The translations under genes and the position numbers were made by a program. The notes below the pieces were generated by a model that saw nothing but the letters and a program-made list of their open reading frames with translations, ran no database searches and was not told where the DNA came from. A stretch of 64,000 nucleotides of DNA from a virus: positions 1 to 64,000 of IMG/VR virus record IMGVR_UViG_3300010397_000044; one strand, 5' to 3'. Of this stretch, positions 1 through 9,684 are shown piece by piece (positions within the stretch are counted from its first letter, which is position 1; the number at the start of each line of letters is the position of its first letter).

Positions 1-160
<160 letters not shown>

Positions 161-340
161 TGGAAGCATCTCAGAATGGGATAAAAGAATCCCGTAGTCT
201 TCAAACATTCGTATTGTGTTATAATTGGTTATGGAGTAATCCACCCTTAGATTAATATAAGCCTGCAATAATTGGAGTTTGTGGAGGTAGGGTTCTATGT
301 CTATCATGAAAGGGGTTTATTTTAAGTAAAGGTAGAAAAT

Positions 341-377
341 TATATTTGGAAATTAAATAAACGTTTACGAATTTAGT
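341..377 (+). promoter_or_regulatory. Bacteroidota-type promoter candidate
   Basis: TATATTTG (TAnnTTTG consensus) at 341-348, overlapping TTTGGAAA, just upstream of ORF 381. Confidence 0.5.
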
Positions 378-380
378 GAA

Positions 381-770
381 ATGAATTTACATTGTCTTGA
401 ATGCAGCAAGCTGGTTCCTCAAACTCCCGGCAAACGAGCAAAAAGCTATTGCAATAATACCTGCCGGGTTAAATATTGGAAAAAGCAAAAAGAGGTGGCC
501 AGCGGCATCGAAAAAAGAAAGCCGGGACGACCCAAAAAAGATGATCAACTTCAAAATACCGAAGTTTTACTCCCCGGCAACTTAGGAAATGTTAAAGTAG
601 GGGGTCGGATTAGTGAAGTAAAAAGCGTTTTTAAAGACAAAAAAGGAGCCGTCACGGTAACACTTGCCCCCGCAGTTGAATCATTTATGGGACATCCCAT
701 ACCTAAAGGGTTAAAGGGTATAGACTTATCTATTTGGAAGGCTGAAATAAAGGAAGCAAACAAGAAATAA
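381..770 (+). CDS. Zn-finger plus AT-hook DNA-binding protein
   Basis: CxxC...YCxxxCR and KRKPGRPKK motifs. Confidence 0.6.
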   Translation: MNLHCLECSKLVPQTPGKRAKSYCNNTCRVKYWKKQKEVASGIEKRKPGRPKKDDQLQNTEVLLPGNLGNVKVGGRISEVKSVFKDKKGAVTVTLAPAVESFMGHPIPKGLKGIDLSIWKAEIKEANKK

Positions 771-771
771 C

Positions 772-984
772 ATGCGACAAACCAAAACAGAGTTCTATCC
801 AGATGGGTTCGACGAAAGCGGTTGTGCTATTGGACCTAAAACGATGGTTCTTAACTTCTTCATTTCGAATAGCCGGCGCTGGCGTTCAATGTCTGACCAA
901 GAAAAACAACACGCTTGGGACTTGATAGAAACCTTCAAAGGTAGATTGGAAGACATTCAACAAGAACTTTTTCCGGGAGCCTAA
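772..984 (+). CDS. hypothetical phage protein
   Basis: ORF tightly packed after 381..770. Confidence 0.55.
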   Translation: MRQTKTEFYPDGFDESGCAIGPKTMVLNFFISNSRRWRSMSDQEKQHAWDLIETFKGRLEDIQQELFPGA

Positions 985-1022
985 TAAGAAATGATCTATT
1001 AAATAATAAATATCAATTAGTT

Positions 1023-1244
1023 ATGAAGATTTCGGAGTACATAAAATTATTGCAAAAGATACAAGAAAAGGACGGCGATGTGGAGGTGTATGAATACACC
1101 GTTAGGGGCGTTAGTATTGCTAAGGAGCCAGAAAGCAAGAATCTTCGCATCTTATCTAAGAGGGAGAGTCGACAAGATTATTGGGAAAAATGGCGATCCG
1201 CTTGTACCGAAGAAAACAAGGGCGAAAAAGTAGTAGCTATCTAA
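1023..1244 (+). CDS. hypothetical phage protein
   Basis: N-terminus MKISEYIKLLQKIQEKDGDVEV is typical of small phage proteins. Confidence 0.65.
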   Translation: MKISEYIKLLQKIQEKDGDVEVYEYTVRGVSIAKEPESKNLRILSKRESRQDYWEKWRSACTEENKGEKVVAI

Positions 1245-1275
1245 TTAACCAATACAGATAAATAAATAATTATAA

Positions 1276-1404
1276 ATGAGGCTTTTATGTTGGATTATTG
1301 GCCATAAGTGGGTACTGAAACGGGTGGTAAATGACTATCTCTTGGGGAATTGTTCGCATTATCGTTGTCCAAGGTGTAAAAAGTGGAAATACACAAAAGA
1401 CTAA
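1276..1404 (+). CDS. DUF1660-like small Cys/His protein (42 aa, not in ORF track)
   Basis: Manual translation MRLLCWIIGHKW...CPRCKKWKYTKD; CxxxGHKW...CxRC pattern. Confidence 0.65.
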   Translation: MRLLCWIIGHKWVLKRVVNDYLLGNCSHYRCPRCKKWKYTKD

Positions 1405-1424
1405 TCTCTAAACCTTAATAAGTT

Positions 1425-1631
1425 ATGACACCGGCCGAATTCTATGTAAAGTATTGGAAAATAGAAGACGAGAATGGGAATAAGCACACCCCTACGCTGA
1501 CGGAATACGAAAAGTTATGCTGGGATGCGGCGTATAAATTGAACGTGCCGCTTTTTGTAAGGAATCATTCAAGGCGCAGGGGTGGGCATAAAGTAAACCC
1601 AATTGTAATAGAACACTTATCTAAACCTTAA
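1425..1631 (+). CDS. hypothetical phage protein
   Basis: ORF in co-directional run. Confidence 0.5.
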   Translation: MTPAEFYVKYWKIEDENGNKHTPTLTEYEKLCWDAAYKLNVPLFVRNHSRRRGGHKVNPIVIEHLSKP

Positions 1632-1805
1632 TATAATGGATAGTATTGTAGCGTATCAATTTGATGGTTGGTTTTACATATACGCAGAGAAATTCCACGA
1701 AGCATTGTTGTATGAGTTAAATTATATACGGGTAATTGATGAAGGTTTGTCTAAGTACCATTCAATAGTAGCAAAATGGAAAATCAAATTAAAATCAGTT
1801 AAAAA

Positions 1806-2147
1806 ATGAATAGAATACTTATCACCCTCTCTCTTTTAGGGGTAATGCAAATGGTTCAAGGTCAAGAAAGGGACTCAGGAATGATCAGATATTTTGAGCG
1901 TAAAACTGAATTTAAAAAAGCCCATCCACAACAACCGTTAGGAATTTCAAATTGGTACGATACGATACAGATTATAGGGATAGTGTATGAAGTGCGTAAG
2001 TTTTCAGAATTTGAATATACTATGTGTTTTGACAAATCCTTTGGGTGGTTTCAGGAATTTATACCTAAACACTACGAATACCTTTTATTAGATAAAGAAT
2101 CTAAATACATGGGTCAAGTGTGGATGGTAAGAAAAATGAATTGGTAA
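1806..2147 (+). CDS. secreted hypothetical protein
   Basis: Signal peptide MNRILITLSLLGVMQMVQG-Q with Gln at +1. Confidence 0.6.
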   Translation: MNRILITLSLLGVMQMVQGQERDSGMIRYFERKTEFKKAHPQQPLGISNWYDTIQIIGIVYEVRKFSEFEYTMCFDKSFGWFQEFIPKHYEYLLLDKESKYMGQVWMVRKMNW

Positions 2148-2163
2148 ATTATAAATAAATAGA

Positions 2164-2376
2164 ATGAGTGCAGATTTCGGAAACGATAGTTTGTGGTTGT
2201 GGGTACTAAAAAACAGTGATGTAAATTACCCCAATAGAAGATATTGGTCAGTTTCAGCAAATTTAGGTGGTATAGATATTATGGGGTCTGGTACCACAAT
2301 TCAAAATGCATACAAAGACCTCTATGAATTAATAGAAAAATCCGAACATCTATTCAAGGCATATGCCAATCTTTAA
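2164..2376 (+). CDS. hypothetical protein (HicB-like half fold possible)
   Basis: GxGxTIxxAxxDL pattern. Confidence 0.4.
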   Translation: MSADFGNDSLWLWVLKNSDVNYPNRRYWSVSANLGGIDIMGSGTTIQNAYKDLYELIEKSEHLFKAYANL

Positions 2377-2464
2377 TCAACCCACTTGCACCTGCACATT
2401 ATTTGGAGTAGATGATAAGTGCCCTATTCATTCAGATTATTGGAGATTTCCATGGGAGTAAATT

Positions 2465-2743
2465 ATGGCAACACTAAATGAACTTAAAGAAGAATTAGAG
2501 CCGTACAGGGGAACGCTCGTGATTGGTGACTTTGATAGCGTTGTTCTATTAAAAGATGTCATTGAGGGTGACGATGACTACTATTGGGTTTATGTTGGCA
2601 GGATTGGACGTGAAATAAAAGAATATCATGCAACTTGTGTCGGCGGCTGGGTGCCGCTTAAAGGCTTTATACCTGACGAAAAATACCAAAGACTAGTGTG
2701 TGTTTGGAATATGAATCATAACGCGGATAACCAAGCCATCTAA
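2465..2743 (+). CDS. hypothetical phage protein
   Basis: Acidic ORF with DDYYWVY motif. Confidence 0.6.
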   Translation: MATLNELKEELEPYRGTLVIGDFDSVVLLKDVIEGDDDYYWVYVGRIGREIKEYHATCVGGWVPLKGFIPDEKYQRLVCVWNMNHNADNQAI

Positions 2744-2885
2744 TACCATTTCTCCGGCTTCCCATGAACATGAGTAATGGGGATTGTGTCTTTCTCCCGG
2801 AAGAATATAAGCAGTAATATAGCTACCATAAAGCACATAACTATTAATAATGGAATAGCTAATATGAGTAGGATTTTTCGTTTCA

Positions 2886-3575
2886 TCAGTCTATGCCCTC
2901 CGGATCAATATCTCTTTTTCTGTTTCCACTCATTACGTAGTAGGTGGGGATTATGTCGGCCTTCTTGTATTTAGCTCCTGCCTTTATCATGTTTTTTATT
3001 AAGTCGAAGTCATGGCCATATTCTGGTGAATGGGGCGGCATTTGCTTGAGGAAATTGGTTCGAATTATGAGTGCACTATGGCCTATTCTGGCATACTTTA
3101 ATTTCGTGTTCATTCTTTTGCCGAACGCTAAATAATCGAAGTAGACGAAGTCGTAATGGCTACCTTCTATGGCGTCCAAATAGGTTTGCATGTGAGCGGC
3201 TGATATGCAGTCATCGTTAGCGAAGAAAATGAAATATTTCCCACTAGCTTCTTGAATAGCCGTATTGGTAGCTAAATACCCGCATCCGCCGTAATTAAAA
3301 GGAAGATTCCAATGGTGAATCCTTGGATCATTTAATAGTCCTTCTTGTTGGATAGATTCGAAATGTGGGCAACAATCACCTATTATAAAGGCTTCCCAAT
3401 CTTTAAGAGTTTGATTGAGTATACATTTAATAGCCCTTCTTGTTCTAAGAGGTCTACCATAGCATGGCATTGAAATAGTTATCCGGGGAGATGATGTAGA
3501 TAAAACCATTTTGGGACGTAAATGCATAATGCGCAAAGATAAGAAATTATAAGACCTAAGAGGACTTCGACACAA
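2886..3575 (-). CDS. glycosyltransferase family 2 (true start probably downstream of the ORF start)
   Basis: ITISMPCYGR, ILNQT, IIGD, ASGKYFIFFANDD GT-A motifs. Confidence 0.85.
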   Translation of the reverse strand: MCRSPLRSYNFLSLRIMHLRPKMVLSTSSPRITISMPCYGRPLRTRRAIKCILNQTLKDWEAFIIGDCCPHFESIQQEGLLNDPRIHHWNLPFNYGGCGYLATNTAIQEASGKYFIFFANDDCISAAHMQTYLDAIEGSHYDFVYFDYLAFGKRMNTKLKYARIGHSALIIRTNFLKQMPPHSPEYGHDFDLIKNMIKAGAKYKKADIIPTYYVMSGNRKRDIDPEGID

Positions 3576-3823
3576 GTGTTGTCAGTAATGTTTTTGAACC
3601 TACGAATGTTTATTGCAATCGTCAATAAGAAGACACCGAATCCAGCCCATCCTATCGTATCGCAATAATCATAAAGTTGTTCTTTGTGTTCCAATTGAAG
3701 TCCGCTTAGATGCTTGACTACTTCCCGATTGGCATCCCCCTCCCAAGCATGCGCATGACAAACAAAATCCGTGAAAATGCCGGTAAAAGAAATTAAAAAT
3801 AGAGCCCTGTTTAAGTATATCAT
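3479..3823 (-). CDS. membrane protein
   Basis: Three hydrophobic segments; overlaps the genes on both sides. Confidence 0.55.
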   Translation of the reverse strand: MIYLNRALFLISFTGIFTDFVCHAHAWEGDANREVVKHLSGLQLEHKEQLYDYCDTIGWAGFGVFLLTIAINIRRFKNITDNTCVEVLLGLIISYLCALCIYVPKWFYLHHLPG

Positions 3824-4338
3824 ATACTATCTTTCATGTATATGGTGTAATTATGGTGGCGCTGGTTCTCCTTCAGATATTTAGCTGGATTACCGGCGTA
3901 GACTTTATATGGTTCAGTCTTCAGCCCCTTAGTGACCATAGCTTGCGCGCCTATCATGACGCCTTCGGCGATTGTTTGGCGCTGGTGGATGACTGCATTT
4001 AGGCCAACGTTCACATCATCTCCAATGACTGTATGACCTCCTATAGAGGCGTGGCAGGATATTCTGACGTTGGCTCCAATTTTACAATCATGGCCTATAT
4101 GGGCGTGTGCTAAAATGTAGCAATTGGGGCCGATTACCGTTGGCCCGTCAGCACCGGCGTGAATGGTAACCAAATCAGTTATGCGAGTGCCGTTATGAAT
4201 AATAACCCCCTTCCCGTCTCCTTCTCTCCCCTCCCATTCTGGCGGAGTGCCAATAACGCAATATGGGCCTATACATACATTATCTCCTACTATTACATTG
4301 GGACCTAAAACGGCTGTTGGGTGAATTATTGAACTCAT
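3820..4338 (-). CDS. hexapeptide-repeat (LpxA-like) acyl/acetyltransferase
   Basis: IHPTAVLG...HIGHDCKIG...GNPAK left-handed beta-helix repeats. Confidence 0.9.
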   Translation of the reverse strand: MSSIIHPTAVLGPNVIVGDNVCIGPYCVIGTPPEWEGREGDGKGVIIHNGTRITDLVTIHAGADGPTVIGPNCYILAHAHIGHDCKIGANVRISCHASIGGHTVIGDDVNVGLNAVIHQRQTIAEGVMIGAQAMVTKGLKTEPYKVYAGNPAKYLKENQRHHNYTIYMKDSI

Positions 4339-4347
4339 TATAGTTTA

Positions 4348-4638
4348 TTATTTACGTGATATGTTGTATGTTTTCATGAAATAATCTGCAACAATTTTAG
4401 GATCGGTATTTTCTTTTATACCAGACCTAAAAGCGTATGCTATTTCGATCCAAAGACCAGCTTGAGGACAATCTTCCAAGTTAACAGGCTGGTAATATTC
4501 TGGCCACATGTCCATTTCCGATTGCTGTTTTAAACGACAATCATCTGCATCTATCCAAGCTTTGGGATCTGTCTCAAACATAGTCCCCTTTTTAGGGCTA
4601 CCGGGGAACTCTTTAATCAATTCGTATTTCATAAACAA
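4348..4638 (-). CDS. hypothetical phage protein
   Basis: YELIKEFPGSP N-terminal motif. Confidence 0.6.
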   Translation of the reverse strand: MFMKYELIKEFPGSPKKGTMFETDPKAWIDADDCRLKQQSEMDMWPEYYQPVNLEDCPQAGLWIEIAYAFRSGIKENTDPKIVADYFMKTYNISRK

Positions 4639-4692
4639 ATAATATTTAATAATAAACCAAAATTGGTATCTTTATTGCTCAACCAATTATTT

Positions 4693-5043
4693 ATGGCTAT
4701 AAACGTACACATTCACAACCATACGGATAATAAGGTTCTTCTGGAACTCCTAAAAGCCATAAACAACCAATCGGAATTAATTCTATCAATAAACTCAAAA
4801 ATCTCAAAGCTCATGAGCAACACAGATCAAGCATTACAGGACTTAGCGGGCATTGGCCAGACTCTTACAAAGATCAGCGGCGAAACTACCACCCTTTTGC
4901 AGAAAATTACAGACTTGGAAAACGCTGCCAACAACTCAGACACTCCCCAATCTGTACTTGACGCTATCGCAGCTGTAAAATCTCAGGCCAATACCATTGA
5001 TGGATTAGTACCTGATGCACCTCCCACAGAGCCCCAAGCTTAA
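4693..5043 (+). CDS. coiled-coil protein, lone plus-strand gene (possible second start at 4813)
   Basis: Heptad-like sequence, Pro-rich tail, own terminator. Confidence 0.65.
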   Translation: MAINVHIHNHTDNKVLLELLKAINNQSELILSINSKISKLMSNTDQALQDLAGIGQTLTKISGETTTLLQKITDLENAANNSDTPQSVLDAIAAVKSQANTIDGLVPDAPPTEPQA

Positions 5044-5066
5044 TTACCTGAGTCTACCTATTCATT

Positions 5067-5093
5067 ATCCCCGGATTCGTCTGGGGATTTTTT
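5067..5093 (+). terminator. intrinsic terminator
   Basis: ATCCCCGGA-TTCG-TCTGGGGAT followed by a T tract. Confidence 0.85.
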
Positions 5094-5371
5094 ATTTGAT
5101 GCCCACTCTAACAAAGCAAACCCCGCTAGAACCAAAAATACAGCACCACCAATACCGAGTCCAGTCCATAAAACGTCCATATCATTTCTTGATTGAGTTT
5201 TGAATAATCCTACCACCTTCTTTTATGTATTCGTCAACTGCTGATCGAAACTCTTCTATTGTACTAAAGGATTTATCTCTCCATATCCATTGGTTATTTT
5301 CCTTGCTGGCCCTTTGACCCATATAAAAGCAAAACTGGGACTCCAAAAGCTTACCCCATGATTCTCCTAAA

Positions 5372-5704
5372 TTACCTTTCATCATATGTTTGCCTTTTGA
5401 ATTTTTCAATCCAAATATCCAAGCCGGCTCTATCGAATACATTGTATTTATTAGCTTCTTGTAGCACGAATTTCTTGACAAGTTCATCGGTCCATACAAA
5501 ATCAACCACCTTTTGGCGGTTCTCTGGATTTAATTTCTCCCAAGCTGGCCAGCCGCCCATTAAGATGAACATCAGCTGTAAACCGGATTCGTAATCTGGC
5601 GCAGCCCAGCCTTCCGACTCCATAAGTGTCTTCCGGCGGCGATCCGTGGCATCCAATCTTTTTTGGATGGGCTCTGGATATTTCATGTTGTTATCGATGC
5701 TCAT
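5372..5704 (-). CDS. hypothetical phage protein
   Basis: ORF in minus-strand run. Confidence 0.55.
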   Translation of the reverse strand: MSIDNNMKYPEPIQKRLDATDRRRKTLMESEGWAAPDYESGLQLMFILMGGWPAWEKLNPENRQKVVDFVWTDELVKKFVLQEANKYNVFDRAGLDIWIEKFKRQTYDER

Positions 5705-5724
5705 TATTAGGTGTTTTGCTGTTG

Positions 5725-6009
5725 TTATATAAGGGGTTGCCCGGTTACGAATTGAAATCCATTAAGAAGGTCATCCAGCCATATCATCTGACCTATGCCC
5801 ACCATGGCATACATTCTTTGGGCAAAATGCCACGATCCGTTCTTATAGTCTACAAGAATGAGATTAAACGGGTCAAGTTTAGGATGGCTATAGCCGATTT
5901 CAAAAGACTGATGAATCGTTCCATTTCGATCATCTAAAATTCTCGTGAATCCCAAGTCCTCCAACATATCGAATGATATATATTCAAGTTTGTTTTTACT
6001 TGTACTCAT
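5725..6009 (-). CDS. hypothetical phage protein
   Basis: LEDLGF...LLNGFQFVTGQPL pattern seen in Bacteroidota phage small proteins. Confidence 0.6.
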   Translation of the reverse strand: MSTSKNKLEYISFDMLEDLGFTRILDDRNGTIHQSFEIGYSHPKLDPFNLILVDYKNGSWHFAQRMYAMVGIGQMIWLDDLLNGFQFVTGQPLI

Positions 6010-6022
6010 TGTTTTTATTTAT

Positions 6023-6238
6023 TTACTGATGGGTGTATTTATATCTAGGGTCTTCTTCAATATCTCTTATTCCTACTAATTCACCACAAGAGTATTCTCC
6101 GGTAGCTTGGTAATGGGCTCCATCTTTTTCGGCTACCATAATGTAAAACTTTGACTTATCTTCTGAATATAAGAAAGCGTCTTGTTCCCATTCTAATTCA
6201 GGGAAATCGGCAGTGGCGGCAGTTATTTTGCATATCAT
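6023..6238 (-). CDS. hypothetical protein
   Basis: Coupled by ATGA overlap to upstream gene. Confidence 0.55.
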   Translation of the reverse strand: MICKITAATADFPELEWEQDAFLYSEDKSKFYIMVAEKDGAHYQATGEYSCGELVGIRDIEEDPRYKYTHQ

Positions 6239-6456
6239 AACTCAATAATTGTAAGTTCTGAATTATCTGTACTTTTCATTTCTGAGTCTATCATGTCTAA
6301 CCATTCTTGTGCGTTATCTTTGTCTTTAAATTTATGCCCATTACCTATTAATCCGTTCCATTCTACAAAGTGTGTCATGGCATGGTGGTTTAAATAAAGT
6401 TTAGCCCAATATTTAAAGCCTCCTTTAGATATGGTCTTTTGAATAAGGTAGCTCAT
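6235..6456 (-). CDS. hypothetical protein
   Basis: ATGA overlaps on both sides. Confidence 0.55.
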   Translation of the reverse strand: MSYLIQKTISKGGFKYWAKLYLNHHAMTHFVEWNGLIGNGHKFKDKDNAQEWLDMIDSEMKSTDNSELTIIEL

Positions 6457-6971
6457 GTAAGCATTTTTAACTTCCCTTCATATTCCAATATAATCTGCTT
6501 AATTTCTTCTCTTGTTGGTCGCCAAATGATATAGGACTCTTCTTGTAAAATATCTGGCAATCCGGGAGATTCGATGTTTAGCCTTTTTCGGTATTCTGGT
6601 ATATTCCCCGATTTTAGGCAGTTGCAGGTATTACATTGATTTTTGGCATTTCGATTGTCCCAGCGAAGATAAAGAGCCGATCTACTGATAAAATGGCCGC
6701 ATTGAGCATCATGAAAAGCCATTTCCTTTCCGCATGTATAGCATCTTATCACTTTATTGGCATCCTCTCCTGATCTTCTTATGTACTTAGAAAAGGCTAT
6801 ATCTGCTAGTTTAATTAATTCCTGCAAATCCTCCTCAGCGGCTTTTTCTAATCTTACATGAACCGATTGAGCACGAGCGCATTCCTGACATCTTTTTTTA
6901 GAGAACCAGTAACATTCTTTTCCGCAAGAAATGCAAATCTTTTTTTTAGAAATTATTGTACTATTTCTCAT
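6453..6971 (-). CDS. ninG: NinG/Rap-like recombination endonuclease
   Basis: FSKYIR...CYTCG...QCGHFISR...LRWDNRN...QCNTCN; start placed at 6971 by ATGA coupling to the upstream small gene. Confidence 0.85.
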   Translation of the reverse strand: MRNSTIISKKKICISCGKECYWFSKKRCQECARAQSVHVRLEKAAEEDLQELIKLADIAFSKYIRRSGEDANKVIRCYTCGKEMAFHDAQCGHFISRSALYLRWDNRNAKNQCNTCNCLKSGNIPEYRKRLNIESPGLPDILQEESYIIWRPTREEIKQIILEYEGKLKMLT

Positions 6972-7138
6972 CCTTCTTCCTCCGCATCCGCCATTAGTTG
7001 ATTGTTTAAAGCAAGCGAAACGTAGGCGTAGAGTAAAATGCCCTTGTCCCGACAATACTGTTTTGCTTGATGAAGAATATCTGGATTTACCTTTACCGAG
7101 CCAGATTCCCCCTTTTTAATTTTCTTCTTTTTATTCAT
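6968..7138 (-). CDS. ribbon-helix-helix microprotein (56 aa, not in ORF track)
   Basis: Manual translation MNKKKKIKKGESGSVKVNPDILHQAKQYCRDKGILLYAYVSLALNNQLMADAEEEG. Confidence 0.7.
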   Translation of the reverse strand: MNKKKKIKKGESGSVKVNPDILHQAKQYCRDKGILLYAYVSLALNNQLMADAEEEG

Positions 7139-7246
7139 TTGACAATATTACGAAATTGTATTTGGAAAGTAAAATAATATTTTCTTTGGAGATTAGAAAT
7201 AATATTCCGTACTTCACATTATCGATTCACAAAAAAATTAAACCTT

Positions 7247-7483
7247 ATGAGTAGGATAGGATTATTAAGAGAAGCTTATGATGCTAACTGGGCTGATCTG
7301 TATGTGAATGGGGTTCTTTTAGTAAAAGACGGAGATGTGGCGATGGATTTAGTAGCACAAACATTTCTTTATTACTTCCGTAAAATAGAATCTATCAAGG
7401 GAGAAGTTAATATAAAATCCTTTCTACTTACAACCTTAAGAGACTTAGCTGTTAATCATCTAAGGTTTAATCAATCTATTTAA
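7247..7483 (+). CDS. stand-alone ECF sigma factor region-2-like protein
   Basis: YDANWADLY...KDGDVAMDLVAQTFL...NIKSFLLTTLRDLAVNHLR resembles Bacteroidota ECF sigma2; no region 4. Confidence 0.6.
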   Translation: MSRIGLLREAYDANWADLYVNGVLLVKDGDVAMDLVAQTFLYYFRKIESIKGEVNIKSFLLTTLRDLAVNHLRFNQSI

Positions 7484-7485
7484 TA

Positions 7486-7878
7486 ATGGCAAAAAGAGAT
7501 ATGAGACAACCAGAAACGAGTTTGGAGGCTTATAGGTCTCTTGACCCAGAAAAATTAAGGAAATCGTATAAGGATATACAAGGAGCTGTCCAGTCCTTAG
7601 GGAAGGCTCACTTTGAGCAAATCGCATCTTTCTTAAAAGTTGAGCCCGTTAAAATATGGAAGAGAATGTCGGAGGCGAGGAAGCTGGGACTTATACACCT
7701 TACTGATTCTAAGGAAAAAACATCTAGCGGTAGATTTGCTTTTCAATATGCTCCAGGGCCTGCTCCTGAATCTGTAGAAAGAAAGAAAAAGGTCATGAAG
7801 GGTAAAACTATAGCCGACTACTCCAAAGCACTTATTCAACCGAAATTAAATACTCACAACACAGAACGTCTATTCTAA
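7486..7878 (+). CDS. winged helix-turn-helix protein
   Basis: TSLEAY...FEQIASFL...IWKRMSEARKLGLI...TSSGR. Confidence 0.7.
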   Translation: MAKRDMRQPETSLEAYRSLDPEKLRKSYKDIQGAVQSLGKAHFEQIASFLKVEPVKIWKRMSEARKLGLIHLTDSKEKTSSGRFAFQYAPGPAPESVERKKKVMKGKTIADYSKALIQPKLNTHNTERLF

Positions 7879-8870
7879 TGAACATTCCCGTAAACAAACT
7901 AAAAAAGTTTCAGAAATTAGCGGCCAATATCAAGACAAATGGCATACTTCCTATTTATAGCTATTTGAAATTTGGAGGTGGATGCATTTGTAAAAATGTT
8001 GGTACATCTTTTCTTGAATATAAAATGGAAGAGTCTGACGAAGAGTTACTTGTAGATGAACACGATTTGTTTAGCCTTTTGAATCATACAAGCTCTCCGT
8101 TTATAACTATTACGCTTAAAAAAGGCAAAGTAGAGTTGAATGATGGAAGGGATAAACTTCTCTTAAATACGGTTAAATATTCAGATTTTAATTCCCCGAA
8201 TACTTCGGCAAAAGAGCCGGTTCCCGTATCTGCTGAATTTATGGACGCTATTTTAAAAGCCTCCAACTTCGCTCAAGTTGTGAAAGACATGCCTACTTAC
8301 TACGCTTTTGTCCATATTGGAGAAAATGCAGTATGCGCTGGCGATGGCCTTATGATCTTTCATTGCCCGGTAGAGGAAAACTTGTCCATTGTATTGGAAG
8401 GTAAGATTGCTCAATTTGTAGCCAAACAAGGCGTTACTGCATTCGCAGACACCGGAAATTATCACCTATTTTTTACTCCTGACGCTGTTCTTGGGTTTGC
8501 TAAGTCAGAACTCAGTTGGTTCAATATTAAAAAGGTATTTGAACGACCAAGAGAGTACTCGTTTACTTTGGGAGCATCTGATATTATTTCGTTCAATTCC
8601 CTTTCGCTTCAACTGACAAGAGACCCAATGGTTACTCTTTCAAACGGCAAGTTTGAAATGAATGACATGCTATTGGATAAATGCCACGAGAGAGCAGCAG
8701 AAAATATAAAGGTAACCGAACCTTTCTCCTACAACCCAGAAAAAATGAATGTCGTAGTCAACGGGTTGGATTGCGAGGAAATAGATTTCTCAGACGGCGG
8801 CCCCTGCTACTTTTTATCAAATAAAGACGTAAAAGCAACTACTATTATAGCTAAAATTAAAAACCAATAA
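7878..8870 (+). CDS. DNA polymerase III beta sliding clamp-like protein
   Basis: 330 aa; N-terminal ...NGILPIYSYLKF resembles DnaN 'xxxPILxxv'; CAGDG resembles ATDG. Confidence 0.6.
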   Translation: MNIPVNKLKKFQKLAANIKTNGILPIYSYLKFGGGCICKNVGTSFLEYKMEESDEELLVDEHDLFSLLNHTSSPFITITLKKGKVELNDGRDKLLLNTVKYSDFNSPNTSAKEPVPVSAEFMDAILKASNFAQVVKDMPTYYAFVHIGENAVCAGDGLMIFHCPVEENLSIVLEGKIAQFVAKQGVTAFADTGNYHLFFTPDAVLGFAKSELSWFNIKKVFERPREYSFTLGASDIISFNSLSLQLTRDPMVTLSNGKFEMNDMLLDKCHERAAENIKVTEPFSYNPEKMNVVVNGLDCEEIDFSDGGPCYFLSNKDVKATTIIAKIKNQ

Positions 8871-9096
8871 TATGGATAAGATATTAAAAATTGAAACGAC
8901 AGGGACAAAACTCATTTCCTACATCGGATATCATAAGGAAAAGGAAGTAGAAAAGGTATTGAAGAACATAAAAAATCAATATATTTTTCTTAAAAAAAGG
9001 CATTTTGGGGATCATGGAAAACTAAAAGTAAGCATATCTACATATAATCCGGAACTTCCTTATAGGTTCTAATGCAGTGTATGATAAACTAAATAT

Positions 9097-9300
9097 ATGA
9101 ATAAATTTTATTTGCGAGGTTTATTGTTTTCCTTTTTTGGAATTGTGATTTGCTTTAAGCAAAAAAATTACGGACTTTCAGATGACTTGTGCGTTATTTT
9201 TTCCTTTGCTTTTGCGTGGATTTGGGAACCTGCATTAATGTCAGTCATCGAAGAGTACAAAGAAAAAAGAAAAGCCAAACCAACTAAAACCCCCTTGTAG
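9097..9300 (+). CDS. small membrane protein
   Basis: Two hydrophobic segments and a basic tail. Confidence 0.5.
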   Translation: MNKFYLRGLLFSFFGIVICFKQKNYGLSDDLCVIFSFAFAWIWEPALMSVIEEYKEKRKAKPTKTPL

Positions 9301-9304
9301 ATAT

Positions 9305-9592
9305 ATGGAAGCTGAACTTTTATCAGAATTAATAGAAAATGATTACAGAAATATTAAAGAAGTGCCGGGAAGGGGGATTTGTGCATTAAAGCGAATGGCC
9401 TTTACTGTAGGCTTATGTTATGGGTTGGACGAAACCGGATATCAAGGACGGTATTGTTTTCATACGTGGTCGGACGCCGACAAAGCCTTTAACAACTGGA
9501 ATGGTCTTGGCGACCCTTCGGAAGATTGGATTAAACACAAAGGAATTGCAGGCGAATGGTCGAATCCTAATGTGGAAAATAATTCCCTATAA
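9305..9592 (+). CDS. conserved-looking hypothetical phage protein
   Basis: FTVGLCYGLD...YxGRYCF...WxGxGDP...WIKHKG. Confidence 0.7.
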   Translation: MEAELLSELIENDYRNIKEVPGRGICALKRMAFTVGLCYGLDETGYQGRYCFHTWSDADKAFNNWNGLGDPSEDWIKHKGIAGEWSNPNVENNSL

Positions 9593-9684
9593 ATATTTGG
9601 AAGCAATAACCAGACCCCGTATCTTAGTCGTCCAATGCTAAAATTCATCGATCCATGTTAATGGGCATTAATTATACATAATTG

